Source of the DNA: Protoeuglena noctilucae
Lineage: Eukaryota
Assembly: GCA_958009085.1 (NCBI GenBank)
Contig: OY253688.1
Location: 62,001-126,000 of the forward strand
Direction of reading: 5' to 3'
DNA: 64,000 nt
A program made the translations under genes and the position numbers. The stretch's first letter is position 1, and each line of letters opens with the position of its first letter. Below the pieces are notes generated by a model that had not been told where the DNA came from, made no database searches, and worked only from the letters and a program-made list of their open reading frames with translations. This document shows, piece by piece, positions 48,968 to 61,030 of this stretch.

Positions 48968-51900
48968 TCACTCGTGTGAAGCGAGGCACGCCACGCGACA
49001 CCCACCCAGTGCCACTGGCCACCACTTTGAGCACCACTCTGGGCAAACAAGCAGTGGCTTGGGCGGAGGCGGCGGTGGGGGGCGGGTGGGGTGGGTCGAG
49101 AGGGGTGGCGGGGGTGGTGAGGGGGGGCCTGCGGGGGTGGGAAGAGTGAGTGGGGGTGAATGAGTGAGAGGGTTAGATAAGCGGCTCGGGTGTTGAGAGA
49201 ACACGGCAGCGGTTGCCTTGTGACCCTCTGTTGCACTCTCACCCCTTTCACCCCACCTCATCCTCTCACCTTCCTAATCAACATAAGAATCATATATCAA
49301 TAATCAAGTATAAACAATTATTCTCGCTTTCTACACAAGCCCCTCTCACCGTAGCCTCCTCCCCGGTGCCAACCCCATCGCCCCCTGTGGCGTCAGTGCC
49401 ACCGCGATGCCATCCCTCGCCTCCATCTCCACGCCCACCGCCACCTCCGTGAACGGCGCGTGCAGCGACAGCAGCCGCACTTCACCAGAAGGGTCCTTTC
49501 GCACAGCTGCTGGCATGTAGGCAATGACGGAGCGGGCGTGGAGGTGGAGGCGGAGAACGGAGGCCGCACGGGCCCAGTCCCAGGCATCGGGGCCCTGTGT
49601 GGGGTTGGGGATAAGGGGATAATGATATGAATGATAAGAGGATAAGGGTATAGGGAAAGAGGGATGAAGGGATGCTTCACGGCGGCACACCCACCCACGC
49701 CCACCGCCGGCCACATCACCCACACAACCACAGTCACAGCTAACAAGTACCACCAATCCAATCAGTCCACACCGTATAACCCGCCATTTAAATAACACAG
49801 CATTCCCACTCACCCTGAGCCCCGCCTGCGTGGCCGTGGCGTTGCGCCGCTTGGCCTCCCTCAGCGCCGCCGCCGCCCGCCCCGGGCTGGGGGGGTAAAC
49901 CCTGACACCGTCAGAGCCGCGGGAGCCGGGGGGGTATCCCCGCAGTTCCCGCTCCCACACGGCGCTGCGGTTGCCGGCCTCCAGGCCCTCGCGCGGCACC
50001 GGGGTTGCCTGACACGGCCGCTCTGGCGACGCCTGACGCGGTGGCTGACGCGGGGGCTGAGTCAAGCGGTGGTGCGGGTCTGGCGAGACGCCTTGGATGC
50101 TTCTGTCGTTCCACGGGCCCGCGCTTGCTCCGTTTCTTGCAACCTCACTGTCAGAGTCGCTGTCAGAGTCGCCCTCCCACGCTTGCGTGCGCCCCCCTCC
50201 CACGACACCCTTGGTTCTCTGTGACGCCACCCCCGACCCCGGACGGTCCATAACAACCGTTTCCGCCCCCAAAGCCCCAGTTGCCACCTGTCCCATCCCA
50301 ACCCCACGCCACCCCGCGCCGTCACCATCGCCACTCTTAACACCCTTCTCGCCCCCACTGCACCCACCACATCCCCTATCCTTGGCAAAGAACGTTGCAC
50401 GAAGCCCCAGCTGCGGCATGGGGTCACACGGGTGCACGGTCGTAGCACGTATCGCCCAAGGGTCACTCCAACCGACGCAGGGAGACGAACCGTCACTCGC
50501 TCGCAGCTTCTTATCCATGTCAGCCAGGAAACGACGCTGACCGGCCGTCGGGGGCCCAGCACAAGCGCTGGCGCTGGCATGGCCACAACCGCACACCCCC
50601 ACGCACCCACACCCGCACACGCCACGAGATTGTGTTACGAAAGCACTGGTCTCGCGGTGGCACATGCATGGAGAACTGCAGTCCCCGTTTCCGCAAGCCT
50701 GACACCCGCTATGCGCATCCTGACCACCTATCATCATGTCGCCTTCCCTACCCCTGGCCCCCCTGTCCCTCCCACCACCCACTGCACCCCCCACTGCCCG
50801 AGACCTATCCGCCCGCACTGCCACCCGCCCCGCTCTTGCGCGGGCATTACCACCCAAGCCCCCCCCGCCCCTGCCACCCCCACCACTACCACTACCACCC
50901 ACCGCCTGCCTCGCTCTCCCCGACCGCAGCCGCGATGTCTGCTGCCCCTCTCCCACCACCGCTCCCGTCGCCAGCTCCCCCAACACCCCACGAAACGCAT
51001 CCCATGCTTTCCTCGACCCCACAACACCCCTCCCTCTGCCCCCACTATCAACGCCACCATCACCGGTGCTGTCCTCCCGGTATCGACCCCCCATCGATTC
51101 TCTCGCACGCGCAGGGACGGCCGCATGGGTTGCCACCCCATGAGGCACCGAGAGCAGTGCACGGGGCAAAGCTGACCGTGGCCGTCGGTGACGGTTGTAC
51201 CCCGCCACCCCCGCATGCACGCCCACCCCCGCAGGCACCCGGGGCTGAGTTAGAGGGGCGTCGCTCCACCGCAGCACAGCCCCGTCACCGCTGTGATTGC
51301 CATCACTGCTGTGGCTGTCATCAGCACCACTGCGCCCCACGCCTTGCAGTGCGTGACGGCCAGCCCGACCCCCCCCACCACCACCCCGCCAGTCACCCTC
51401 GCTCCCATCACCGTCGCTGCTTTGGACATCCCTATCACGCTCTGGCTGCCCCACCAACGCCCTCCCATCTGCCCCCACCGGTATCACAGACATGTGCTGG
51501 TGCACGTAGCGACTCATTGCGTCAGGCTCCTCCCCCAATGCGTAGAGCAGCGAGTGTACCTGCAAACACGACCAATTAAGACGTGAGTGTCACTGTCGCG
51601 TCTGCCAAACCCATCTGCCCCACTATCACTTGCTTGTTGGTTGCCCAGTGCTAACATTGCCTGCTCGTTACTCAACAACACTTGTAACTCAACAGCAACC
51701 CCCATTCGTACTCGCCTGCTCGGCTCGCCTCTGCCACTGCGCCAATCGGTTCCCCCGCCTCTCCATCTGACCATCAATCGCACGGTCAAAGGCATCGCGG
51801 CGGGAGGCGGCTGCGGGGAGGGAGAGAGGTGAGGTGAGGCGAGAGGAGACGCATGCTGCGGGGAAAGAGAGGGGTGGGATTGTAAAAGATGGGTGTGAGA

Positions 51901-52084
51901 TGGGGTGGGGTAGAAGGCAGGCGAGGTGAGACGACAGATGGCGTAACTTGGCGATTCACCTAAACAGTCTCTTCGCATAAGAGGTTTATGAGGTCCATCC
52001 ATCCTCACCGCGGAATGCGACCCCCGCCGTCCTCTCCGGCACAAACGCCACGTCCCCATCGCTGCCGTCCTCCGATTCTGGCAT
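48968..52084 (-). CDS. Hypothetical protein, largely low complexity
   Basis: MPESEDGSDGDVAF...|AASRRDAFDRAIDGQMERR...AEQ|VHSLLYALGEE... then a long open exon (51565 to about 49813), then GPDAWDWARAASVLRLHL... and a final Pro-rich exon to TGA 48968. Splice phases are consistent; no domain recognised. Confidence 0.55.
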
Positions 52085-52731
52085 TCCCCCGATATGAGGA
52101 TAGACGCAGCGCTGCAAGCCAGCTCAGTCCCACTGCGCTGCTTGCCAGCCCCAGCGTCGCTTGCCACCCTTTGCGTTGCTCGCTGTACGTCGCTCACCAC
52201 CGCTCTCAGTGCCACTCTCAGCACGAGCCGTGCTTGAGTGTCGGGACTTGGTCCCAGTCACAGATACGTCACTCAGTCTCGGCAGCTCGACCCTGCAGGG
52301 GGAACAGAGAGACCGAGAGCGTCGCAAGCACATCACTGCCCGATTGCATGCGTGGCACAACCGCAGCTCTGCTGGCTTGTGCATGGGGTTCGTGAAATAG
52401 TCACACTGTTAGTAACAAGTAGCAGGTGTCGACTGATATTACAGGGAAAGGCACGTGGGAAAACGGCTCTGTGCATCCCAGGACGTCGCTGTCGCCTGGG
52501 CTCGGCAAGGGCAGCGAAACACAGAGCTGAGGGGCCAGGCAAACTGCCCCGCTTTTAAGTGTGGCTGTTGCAGCCGCCTAGCCTCTCTCTGCCCACCCAC
52601 GGCGCACGGTGCAGCGTCGCACCGTCAGCTGTCGATGACACTGCCTGTTGTTGACATGGTCAGAGCCCATGACTGCTGGCACCGTCACTGCCAGCGCCTC
52701 TCTGCCGACACCACTACTGCCACCGTTACTG

Positions 52732-54550
52732 TCAACCACCGCCGTCCGTAACCCCACCGCCCCACCCAGCCGCAGCCCCACCCCCCATTGCCAACGCCCG
52801 CTCCACCACCGCCCGCCCCATCGCCGCATCTGCAACCGCCGCCTGCCGCCTTCTCGGCTCCCCCGCCACCACCCGCCGGCCCGCCACGCACAAATAGGGC
52901 ACACGAACGCTTGCTGCCGTGGTCGCTCCTGCCACCCCCGCCATCCCCACCGCGGCCACCGCTGCCCCGGCCCCCTGTTCCGCCGTGTTCATCAGTCCCA
53001 TGGCCCTCAGCGCCCCTCTCTGCAGCGCCCGCAGCGCCAGGGGCCACGACGCAGTGAGCTGGGTGTCCACGGGGCCAGGGTCCACTGTGGCAAAGACGAC
53101 CTCACGGCGACCGTGGCGATTATGACCATGGCGATACTGATGGCGATACGTGGGATCAGTTTGACCATGATCCATGGGACCGGTAGTGTGGCCATCATTG
53201 TCCTCAGTATCAGGATGACCACGATCCATAGAATTGGAATGATGCTGGTCGTGATGGACGGTACCATCGGGCCGATCCTGGCGTGATGGTTGGCCGTGGG
53301 TGGTTGCGAAGTGCTCGGCCATGCAGTGAGCGAGGTATTTGGAGACGGCGTAGTCGCGGGCCGGGAGCCATGGCGTGGGAGAGGAGGTGCAGGTGAGCAG
53401 GGATGCACAGCAGGCGAGGTCGTTCCTGCAATGGCACAGCGGAGGTGGGGTGGTTCGTGAAACATGATGCAACACAGGTATACAATACAGGTTCTCTGCA
53501 CTGCTACTTATGGCATCCAATCTGCAACCATTCAGCGCACCTGGTGACGGAGCGGTGGACGAACGACCCCGTAAACACGACAGCCATGGGGGAGGCGACG
53601 GTTGTTGTAATTGATGATGCACCATCTGCTGTTGCGTCATCCATGTCCAGGAGGAGAGACGTCAGGAGCGCGGGGCCCAGGGCGTTGACTGCAGAGGGAG
53701 AGAGGTGAATGCAGTGGCGTCACACTCAATGCTGTATGTGAAATACAGCGACAAGGGTGCAACGTTGCTCACCGGTCAGGCACGGGGGCATGTCCATGGG
53801 TCCACCCTTGTTGCGCGTGGCAAGAGACGCACCACTCCCGATGACGCCGGCGTTGTTGATGAGGGCAGCGACGGGGGGACGGAGGGCGAGGTGACCCTGG
53901 GGTGCCACGTTGCCGGCTCTTTGTGTGTCTCTGCGTACACGAGGCAAGGGAGTGAGCGATGGATGTGCTGAGGGAAGGCAAAGCATGAAGCTCACTGCGG
54001 GTCATGCACAGTAGACCCATGGACGCCGCGCGCACGCCATCGCCGCAGCGCCGCACCTGGGGCTAGGGAAGGCGGTCCCGGAGAGGGCAGCCGCGGCGAA
54101 GTTTCGGACGGATCGGGGATCGGAGAGGTCGAGGAATGCGGCCTCGGCCGTGGCGCGGGGAAACGAGGCCCCGATGCCCTCTGCCGCGCGCCGGGCGCCG
54201 TCCAGGTCGACGTCGGCGATGACAACGTGAAAGCCGAGCTCGGCCAGCCGCCGGCTGATGGCCAGGCCGATCCCGCGCGCTCCCCCGGTCACGATGCAGG
54301 TGCTGCCCGTGGGCGTCGCAGAGCGGGCGCCGGCGCAGGCCGTGATCCTTTTCCGGATACTCTTGCATTCACCGTCCTTGCGACCTCCCCGGCGTGCCGA
54401 AGTCACCGCGGCAGGCGACGGGAGGGGCCACGCGGCAGCGGGCTGCATCCGCGCCCAGCAGAAGAGGAGGACGGCCGACCATAGCCAGGCGGCGTACCAG
54501 AGAAAAGAGGCTGGTCGGAAGAGATCGAAGCGCGACGCCGTGTGGGCCAT
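52732..54550 (-). CDS. Short-chain dehydrogenase/reductase (retinol-dehydrogenase-like) with N-terminal hydrophobic anchor
   Basis: CIVTGGARGIGLA (TGxxxGIG), FLDLSD, LINNAGV, AVNALGPALLTSLLL, VVFTGS, catalytic YAVSK and VDPGPVDTQL. Confidence 0.9.
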
Positions 54551-55145
54551 CGGGTCGGAGGCGGCCGCGGGTCCGCGACTCACGCAAAAAGGTTGTTGCG
54601 TGCGTGCTTATCTCTCCTCTATTGGACGGAGGGGCTCACATAGGAAACATGTACCACTGTCACTGCACGTCCGCGAAACCGCGCGACAAAATGAACAGCT
54701 GGCGGGATGGAAACGCCGTGCAAGCCACCGTCGCAGGGCAAACATGTGCGATGGTGGCACCGACCGCGTCCTCGCGGTACGCCACAGGTCACTGACGAGT
54801 CACCTGTCGTTGCTGTGAAACGACGCTGTCTCATATCATCGGCCCGGTCTACAGTAAGGCAACACACATCCTGCTAACAACGTGCACTCGGCTGGCCCTG
54901 CCCAGGCGATGAAGACGGCAAGTGGTCGCTGCTCGAGTTGCTAGTACCCGCGGAGGAGCTGGCGTCGAATGCCACGATGGTTGGTCTAGAGCAAAGTGTT
55001 CAAGCTGTCATCGTGCCGCACGATGTTAGAACGACTGCAGCTACCTCAGCAGCTAACAGATAGGCAAGCAAGCGTCTTGTGTCCAGACAGGTAGGTTGAC
55101 CTGAGCGTCACTGTCACCGCCGGCAGGGCGAAAGCCCAGCTCCCA

Positions 55146-57635
55146 TTACTCGCCCACGCACGCCTCCACTCCCACCCCCACCCCCCTTCCCTCTTCCCCG
55201 TCCCCGGCGCCGTTCCCTACCACCACCGCGTCGCCTATCCCGTGCCCTTCGCTCTTCGGCGACGGATGGATCGAGTCGCCTTCGCTGTCGTCGCCTTGCC
55301 CCGCTCCCCGCCCCTCGCAAGCCTCTCTCGAGTCAGACCCCTCGATCCCCGGGTCCTGCAGCGCACCGGAAAACAACAAAACATCGGCATTTGCAATCGC
55401 GGCGAGCGGCGGGGCCAATGGTGCTCCGCGCGGGCTGTTGCGCACCCCGGACGCGTCTGATGGGCTCTCTCCCTCGTGGTCGAGTCTCTCCACGTCAATT
55501 TCCTCATCCGACCCCGGCGCCTCCATGTCGTAGTAACACTGCGTTAGGAGACGACCCTCGATGCATTCGCAATATCCATGCTTAGAGAGACGCCCATGTC
55601 GCCACTTCCAATGCCTAACCCAACCCCACCAAACCCGCCCCTCCGCCCCTCCCAGCAATGCGCAACTCGCCTTGGCGGGTGGCCGCGGCAGCACGGCGTC
55701 GAACTGCACGTACTCCGGCTCTGCATACCCCGTCTCCGGTCGCAGCACCACGACGGCCCCTTTGTTGGACAGCCGCGTTTCTGTGTCTTGGAATTGAGGG
55801 TAGTCCGGGGCGGAAAAGACTGCATGAAAAGGGACACGTGCTGTCGTGCCGAGACGTGAGCGTGTCGTGTCACCCATCACAAACTCCCGATGCACATCAC
55901 CCATGCCCTGTCTCATCTCTCATCTCACCCGTCACGAGCTTCCCGGACGCGACCTCGTGGTCCACCGCGTACCCTCCCTCCATCCCCTTCATCCCATCGT
56001 CGCGGTTAGCCCTGGCATCGGGGCCCTCGTGAGACCGCACCACCAGCCGCACCCCGTTGCGTTGAAGGAACGTCTCCGTCACCTCGGGACCGAAGATGAG
56101 GCCCACCCCGCGAGAGTCGTTCAGCACGAGGCCCCCGGAAGGCGCCGGGTCGGACCACAGCACGTCTGTCGCCACAGCCGCCGCACCCATGCCGTCAGGG
56201 TCCAACCCGCCCTTGCGTGCAAGCCGCAGGTCATCCAGAGACCCCAGCTCCGCGGTGCCATGCAATTCGGACGTTGCAGCAGTCAATGCCACCCGCCGGC
56301 GCTTCCGGCTCCGGGGGCCCTTAGGTGCAGGCTTGCGGAAGAGGCCCCCGTGCAGCACGAGCGTCGTGCGGCACACCAGGCACGCCAGGGGCAGCGAGGC
56401 GAAGAGGCGCTTGAAACCTGCGTGTGTGGGGGTGCGAGGGGGTCATTGGAGAGGGGCTGTTGAGTCTAGGCTTTACACACACACCACTGCACCAGTCACC
56501 CCACCACGCCTCTCCATTACTATCAATACAGCTGCCGCTGACTGAGTCCCCACTCGCACACGTCTTACTAGCACGACGCCTGTTAGCATGCCCATTTGCA
56601 AACTTCTCAGTAACACAAAGCCTGTTACTATCCCCTCACCAGCGAAGAGTCTCTTGGCGTTCCTGGGCCCGTACTTGGCCTCGACCTCCCCACAGAAACC
56701 GTAGGTGGAAGCACAGTAGACGCTCTCGTGGTTACCGCGGAGCAGCAGGGCACGATGGGGCAGGGCCACCTTCCACGCTGCCAAGAGAACCAAAACTTCG
56801 AATCCCCACGCGCCACGGTCGATGAAGTCGCCATTAAAAACCATCAGGTGGGAGGACGAGGGGCGGCCGGCCACGGAGAGCAGCCTCAAAACGTCGTGGA
56901 ACTGACCGTGCGTGTCGCCCACCACTGGGGAGAGGGAGGGGCGCAGGGGCTGTGAACGTGCATCGATGCATTGAATGGCACAGGCGATTGATGCCATCGT
57001 GGGGAGCCCTGGTGCCAGCGCGGCGGCATCCTCACCGCTCACGCGCACGCCCTCGCTCGTATCGATGTCCACCTCGAGCATCGTGGGCTCGCGGGCGACG
57101 AGCGACGTGCAGTCGGCGGCAAGCGCCAGAACGTCCTCCGTGGCGAGCACCTGCTGCACCGCCTGGGGCCGGCCCGCCCACGTGCTGCGCTCTAGCTCCG
57201 CCGCGAGGGCATCGCACCATTCCGGCGTGCACCTGCGCGACGCAGAGGGCGGGGCGACGAATGGCAATGCCGCGACCAGGGTGCACGCACAGCCCGGCGA
57301 CATGGGCGTCCCGAGAGCCTGGGGGGAGGCTGCTGCGCGCTGTCATGCAAAACGAAAGATATGCGGACGCCCTGTCGGGGCACGCGCGCCGTGGAACAAG
57401 TCTCGCGCGGGATCACACCATCGGCGTGCAACGCGTGCCAGCGCATCGATCGGAGACCGCAGCCACAGAATCGAGGTGCTCACTTGGCGCGGGAGTAGGC
57501 GAAGCGTCTCAGGGGACCTTTCACCGCTTGCCCGGCGGCCTGGCCGGGATTCTTGGGCCCGACCGCACCACCGAGCGCATCGAGCGCCGCGGCCTCAGGG
57601 TCCCCCGCCGCGGGTCCCTCGGATCCCCCTCCCAT
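55146..57635 (-). CDS. PP7: Serine/threonine protein phosphatase 7 (plant-type PPP family)
   Basis: GDTHGQ, FNGDFIDRGAWG, LRGNHE, HGGLFR with a basic insertion (RSRKRRR), DVLWSDP, RSHEGPDAR, DHEVASGKLVT|VFSAPDYPQFQ. The RSHEGPDAR and SAPDYPQF motifs are PP7-like. The first exon (ATG 57635) is tentative. Confidence 0.9.
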
Positions 57636-58176
57636 ACTGCGTGCAACAAGGAGATCGCGGACGTGCGGAGGGGGTCAGAAATGGGCTGTGCGCGGTAGCA
57701 CATGATCGGGGCATTTTGCACGAGCGTCTGTGCGTCTTTTGCGGTCCTTCGAGTGACACGCAACTCCTGTACACTTGCGAGCCCTACCTCATCCACGTGC
57801 AATCTCGTCTGTCGACCCACGGGGCAGGAGTAGTCTTGGGTCGAGTTGCGCCAAAGTTTGCGATGGGCCGTGAGCAGCAGGGGCGGAGATGCACGGGCTC
57901 CTTGCCAGCGCAGAGCAAGGGCCTACCGAGAGTGACAAAGACAGGCACAATTCGCGACCCTTCGCCCCTCCGCGTCCAAGATCTGACACCCAGATGTGCT
58001 GCACGGCTTTGGCAGCCCGACCCCATGATAGCGGCGTCCTCTCACGCCTGCACGGACTGCTCTGCACCTTCAATTTTGACCCATCAACATTTCGCGATCG
58101 CCTGTGGATCGCTGGAGCCCTCCGTCGATTCACTGCCGCACCACAGCCCTTCCCCCCGCTCACCCCGCTCGCCCCG

Positions 58177-60758
58177 ATGAGCAGACGTGCGTCTCTCATC
58201 GGCAGCTTGCTGTGCTGCGCGCCTGGGGACCTGGAAGCCCTTGGACTCCGCTCGTCAGGTGACCCTCGCTCGACGGTGCGCTGGTAGAGAATCGGTCAGG
58301 CGCGATGGCGAGCTCCTGAGGGAGGGTGACGCGGTGCCTGCGTGCCTGGCCACCGGGCCACCGCCTGCGCCGGGCATGTGGCCGCAGCCATCGGGAGGGC
58401 CGCGCGTCGCGCCGACGCCACCGAGTGCGCTCCCCCGACGTTTCCCATCGCTCGTTACTGTCAATGCCATGCGCCTCCCATGCCCATCGGTCGGGGATCG
58501 ATCGCCGGGAGGCTGCGCGGGGCTCGTTTGCGCGGCCCGTCCCTGGGTAGACGCGCCCGCGCACCCGCGCCCACCATCTCGCGCGCGCGCTATCTGATCG
58601 ACGCCTCTGTTCCCTGTACTCGCAGCGGCACTGCGACAGGGCACCGCAGCGGGCGCGCTGGACGAGGCGGGGCCCGGGCCATGCAGCGAACGTGAGCGTG
58701 CCTCCCCCGCGCACCCCGGGCGGTGGTTCCCCGGCGCGCGGGATCCTCGCGGATCCAACGTCTTGCACTTCGCCTCTCTATCCTCTCGCCGGGGGACCCC
58801 GTCACTTCTCCGCGGCGCGCCCCGTCCCCGAGCGTCTGCTTCGGCCGCAAGCACCGCCGAGGCATCGAAGTCGCCGTCGCCCTTCGCTCTCGTCGACGCG
58901 GAACTCCGCGCGATCGCGGAACGGATGCGTGCCGTGCTCCTCTCCGAGGTCCCGCACCTCCACGCGGCCGCCACGCACTTTGTTGCCGACCCGTCTGCGC
59001 TGGGGAAGCTCCTCCGGTGAGCAGCGCCCACCTCGCGTCGCGCATGACACGTGTCAATCTATCGCCGATCGATGCCTTTCTCCGATGCCGTCCTATCCCG
59101 CGCATTCGGCACCCCCTGCAGCTGCCATCGCGAGCGTCTCGCCAGCTGCGCGTTGACCCCAACACACCCCTTCGCCGCCCCCAGTCCCTCCGTGGTCATG
59201 CTCGTCTCCTCCGCCCTCTCTGAGGCCGGGGAGCCCCGTGACTTCTTAACCACCGACGTCCGCCCCGTCACCGCGCCCGTCCCCGAGCCGCGGCGGCGGC
59301 AGCAGCGAATCGCGGAGACCACGGAGATGATTCATGTGGCCACGCTGGTGAGCATCGGCAGGGATGATGACATCGACACGGCTCTCAGTGCACAGTTGCG
59401 ATCAGGGTGCGGTAGCGGTCATGCCTTGGTGACCTTGCATCGCGTCGCGCTTGCAGATGCACGACGATGTGTTGGACGACGCCCTGACGCGCCGCGGCAA
59501 GCAGAGCGTGAACGCGGCGCTGGGCAACAAGCTGGCCATCCTGGGGGGCGACTTTTTGCTTGCACGGGCGTCGGTGTCGCTGGCAGGGCTGAGGGACCCA
59601 GAGGTCATGGAGATGCTGGCCACGGTGCTGGAGCATTTGGTAAGGGACTGGGGTGCTAGGGATTGATCGAAATGATGGGTGATTGGTGTTGGTCAGGATG
59701 GCTGGGTGGGTGGTTACTTGATGTGGCGGTCAGTGTGGGGCGGGTGGGTAATGATGCTGCTTCTGGCGCCGAGTCAAATAATCAGGCTTGACAGTAACGA
59801 CTGTCTTTCAATCACTAACGCCCCATTCCCATCATTGGCCGCGCAGGTGACGGGGGAGGTGATGCAGATGCGTGCGGATGGGGATGACCTGGTGGACATG
59901 CAGTATTACCTGCGCAAGACGTTTTACAAGACGGCGTCGCTCGTGGCGCACGCCTGCAAGGCCGCGGCCAAGCTGGGGGGGCAGGGGCCCGACGTGCAAA
60001 AGCTGGCGTTCCAGGCAAGCAATGCAGACGTGCTCATGTGCGCAGAAGACAGATGTGCGTACCAACACCAAGATGTAATGCGATGATCTGACCTGGTATC
60101 TGTTTGCACCTTACTCGCTGCTAGATGCTATCCAATACCTCGTCCGCAGTTCGGCAAGCACCTGGGCCTGGCCTTCCAAGTGGTGGATGACGTCCTGGAC
60201 TTCACGCAGTCATCCGGGGTGCTGGGGAAGCCGGCGCTCAACGACCTCAGGTCGGGGATCGCCACGGCGCCCGTGCTCCTGGCGCTGCGGCAGAGGCCGG
60301 AACTCGAGGACTTGACCAGGAGGAAGTTCAGGCGAGTGGCGTATATGATGCTACGCTGTGCTTGCTGCATGTGGGCAGCGCAGCACGCAGGATGCCGGTG
60401 CTTGGTGGGAATTTTATCGCATACTTTGACGAGTTTCGCGTATCTGCGCTCTCAGGGAGGTCGGGGACGTGGAGAGAGCGGCGGAGTTGGTGCGTGGGAG
60501 CGACGGCATCCCGCAGGCGCGGGTGCTGGCGGCAGACCACGCAAGGAGGGCCGCGCAGTGCGTCGCGGACTTCCCGGTAGCACAGGTGCGTTTTCCTCTT
60601 TGCGATAAGGCGCAGTGGAGGCGGCAGCTGGACGGATGCTGTTGCATGCTAATGCTCATGCGCTGGCCCCGCCCTGGTTGCCGCAGACCGTGTACGCCGA
60701 GCAGTGCCGGGCCGCGCTGATGGACATCACCCAGCGCGTCATCAGCCGAGAACACTGA
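58177..60758 (+). CDS. SPS3: Trans-polyprenyl (solanesyl/decaprenyl) diphosphate synthase, COQ1/SPS3-GPS type
   Basis: GKLLR|P; EMIHVATL|MHDDVLD (FARM) ..TRRG; GNKLAILGGDFLLARAS; EHL|VTGEVMQ; YKTASL; GLAFQVVDDVLDF (SARM); GKPALNDLRSGIATAPVL; TGA at 60756-60758. The N-terminus upstream of about 58850 is uncertain. Confidence 0.93.
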
Positions 60759-61030
60759 GGCATCCAGCAGCGATGCCTGGCGGCATTCATAGCTTTGCTC
60801 TGAGAGTAGCGTGCACTTCCCAGGCGTGCTACGTGCTGCAGTCCACTGGCAACGGCAGCACGAGGGCTCACACGTTGAAGCCGGTGAGCGAATCTGTCCT
60901 CTCGCGCTTCAATTGTCGATCAGCTCGTCGGGACCGGGCTCCTGCAAAGCCTTGCCCCGCGAGGGCGCTGCGGGATGAACAGGGTGCAGATGGAGGCGCG
61001 ATGCCGTCGCTTGTGCATGCCTAGTTCGCA

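Noticed and set aside
5970..55950. Introner-element family as the explanation for the intronic repeats
   Set aside because: The repeats are not shared between introns. Each copies its own neighbouring sequence, and I saw no terminal inverted repeats.
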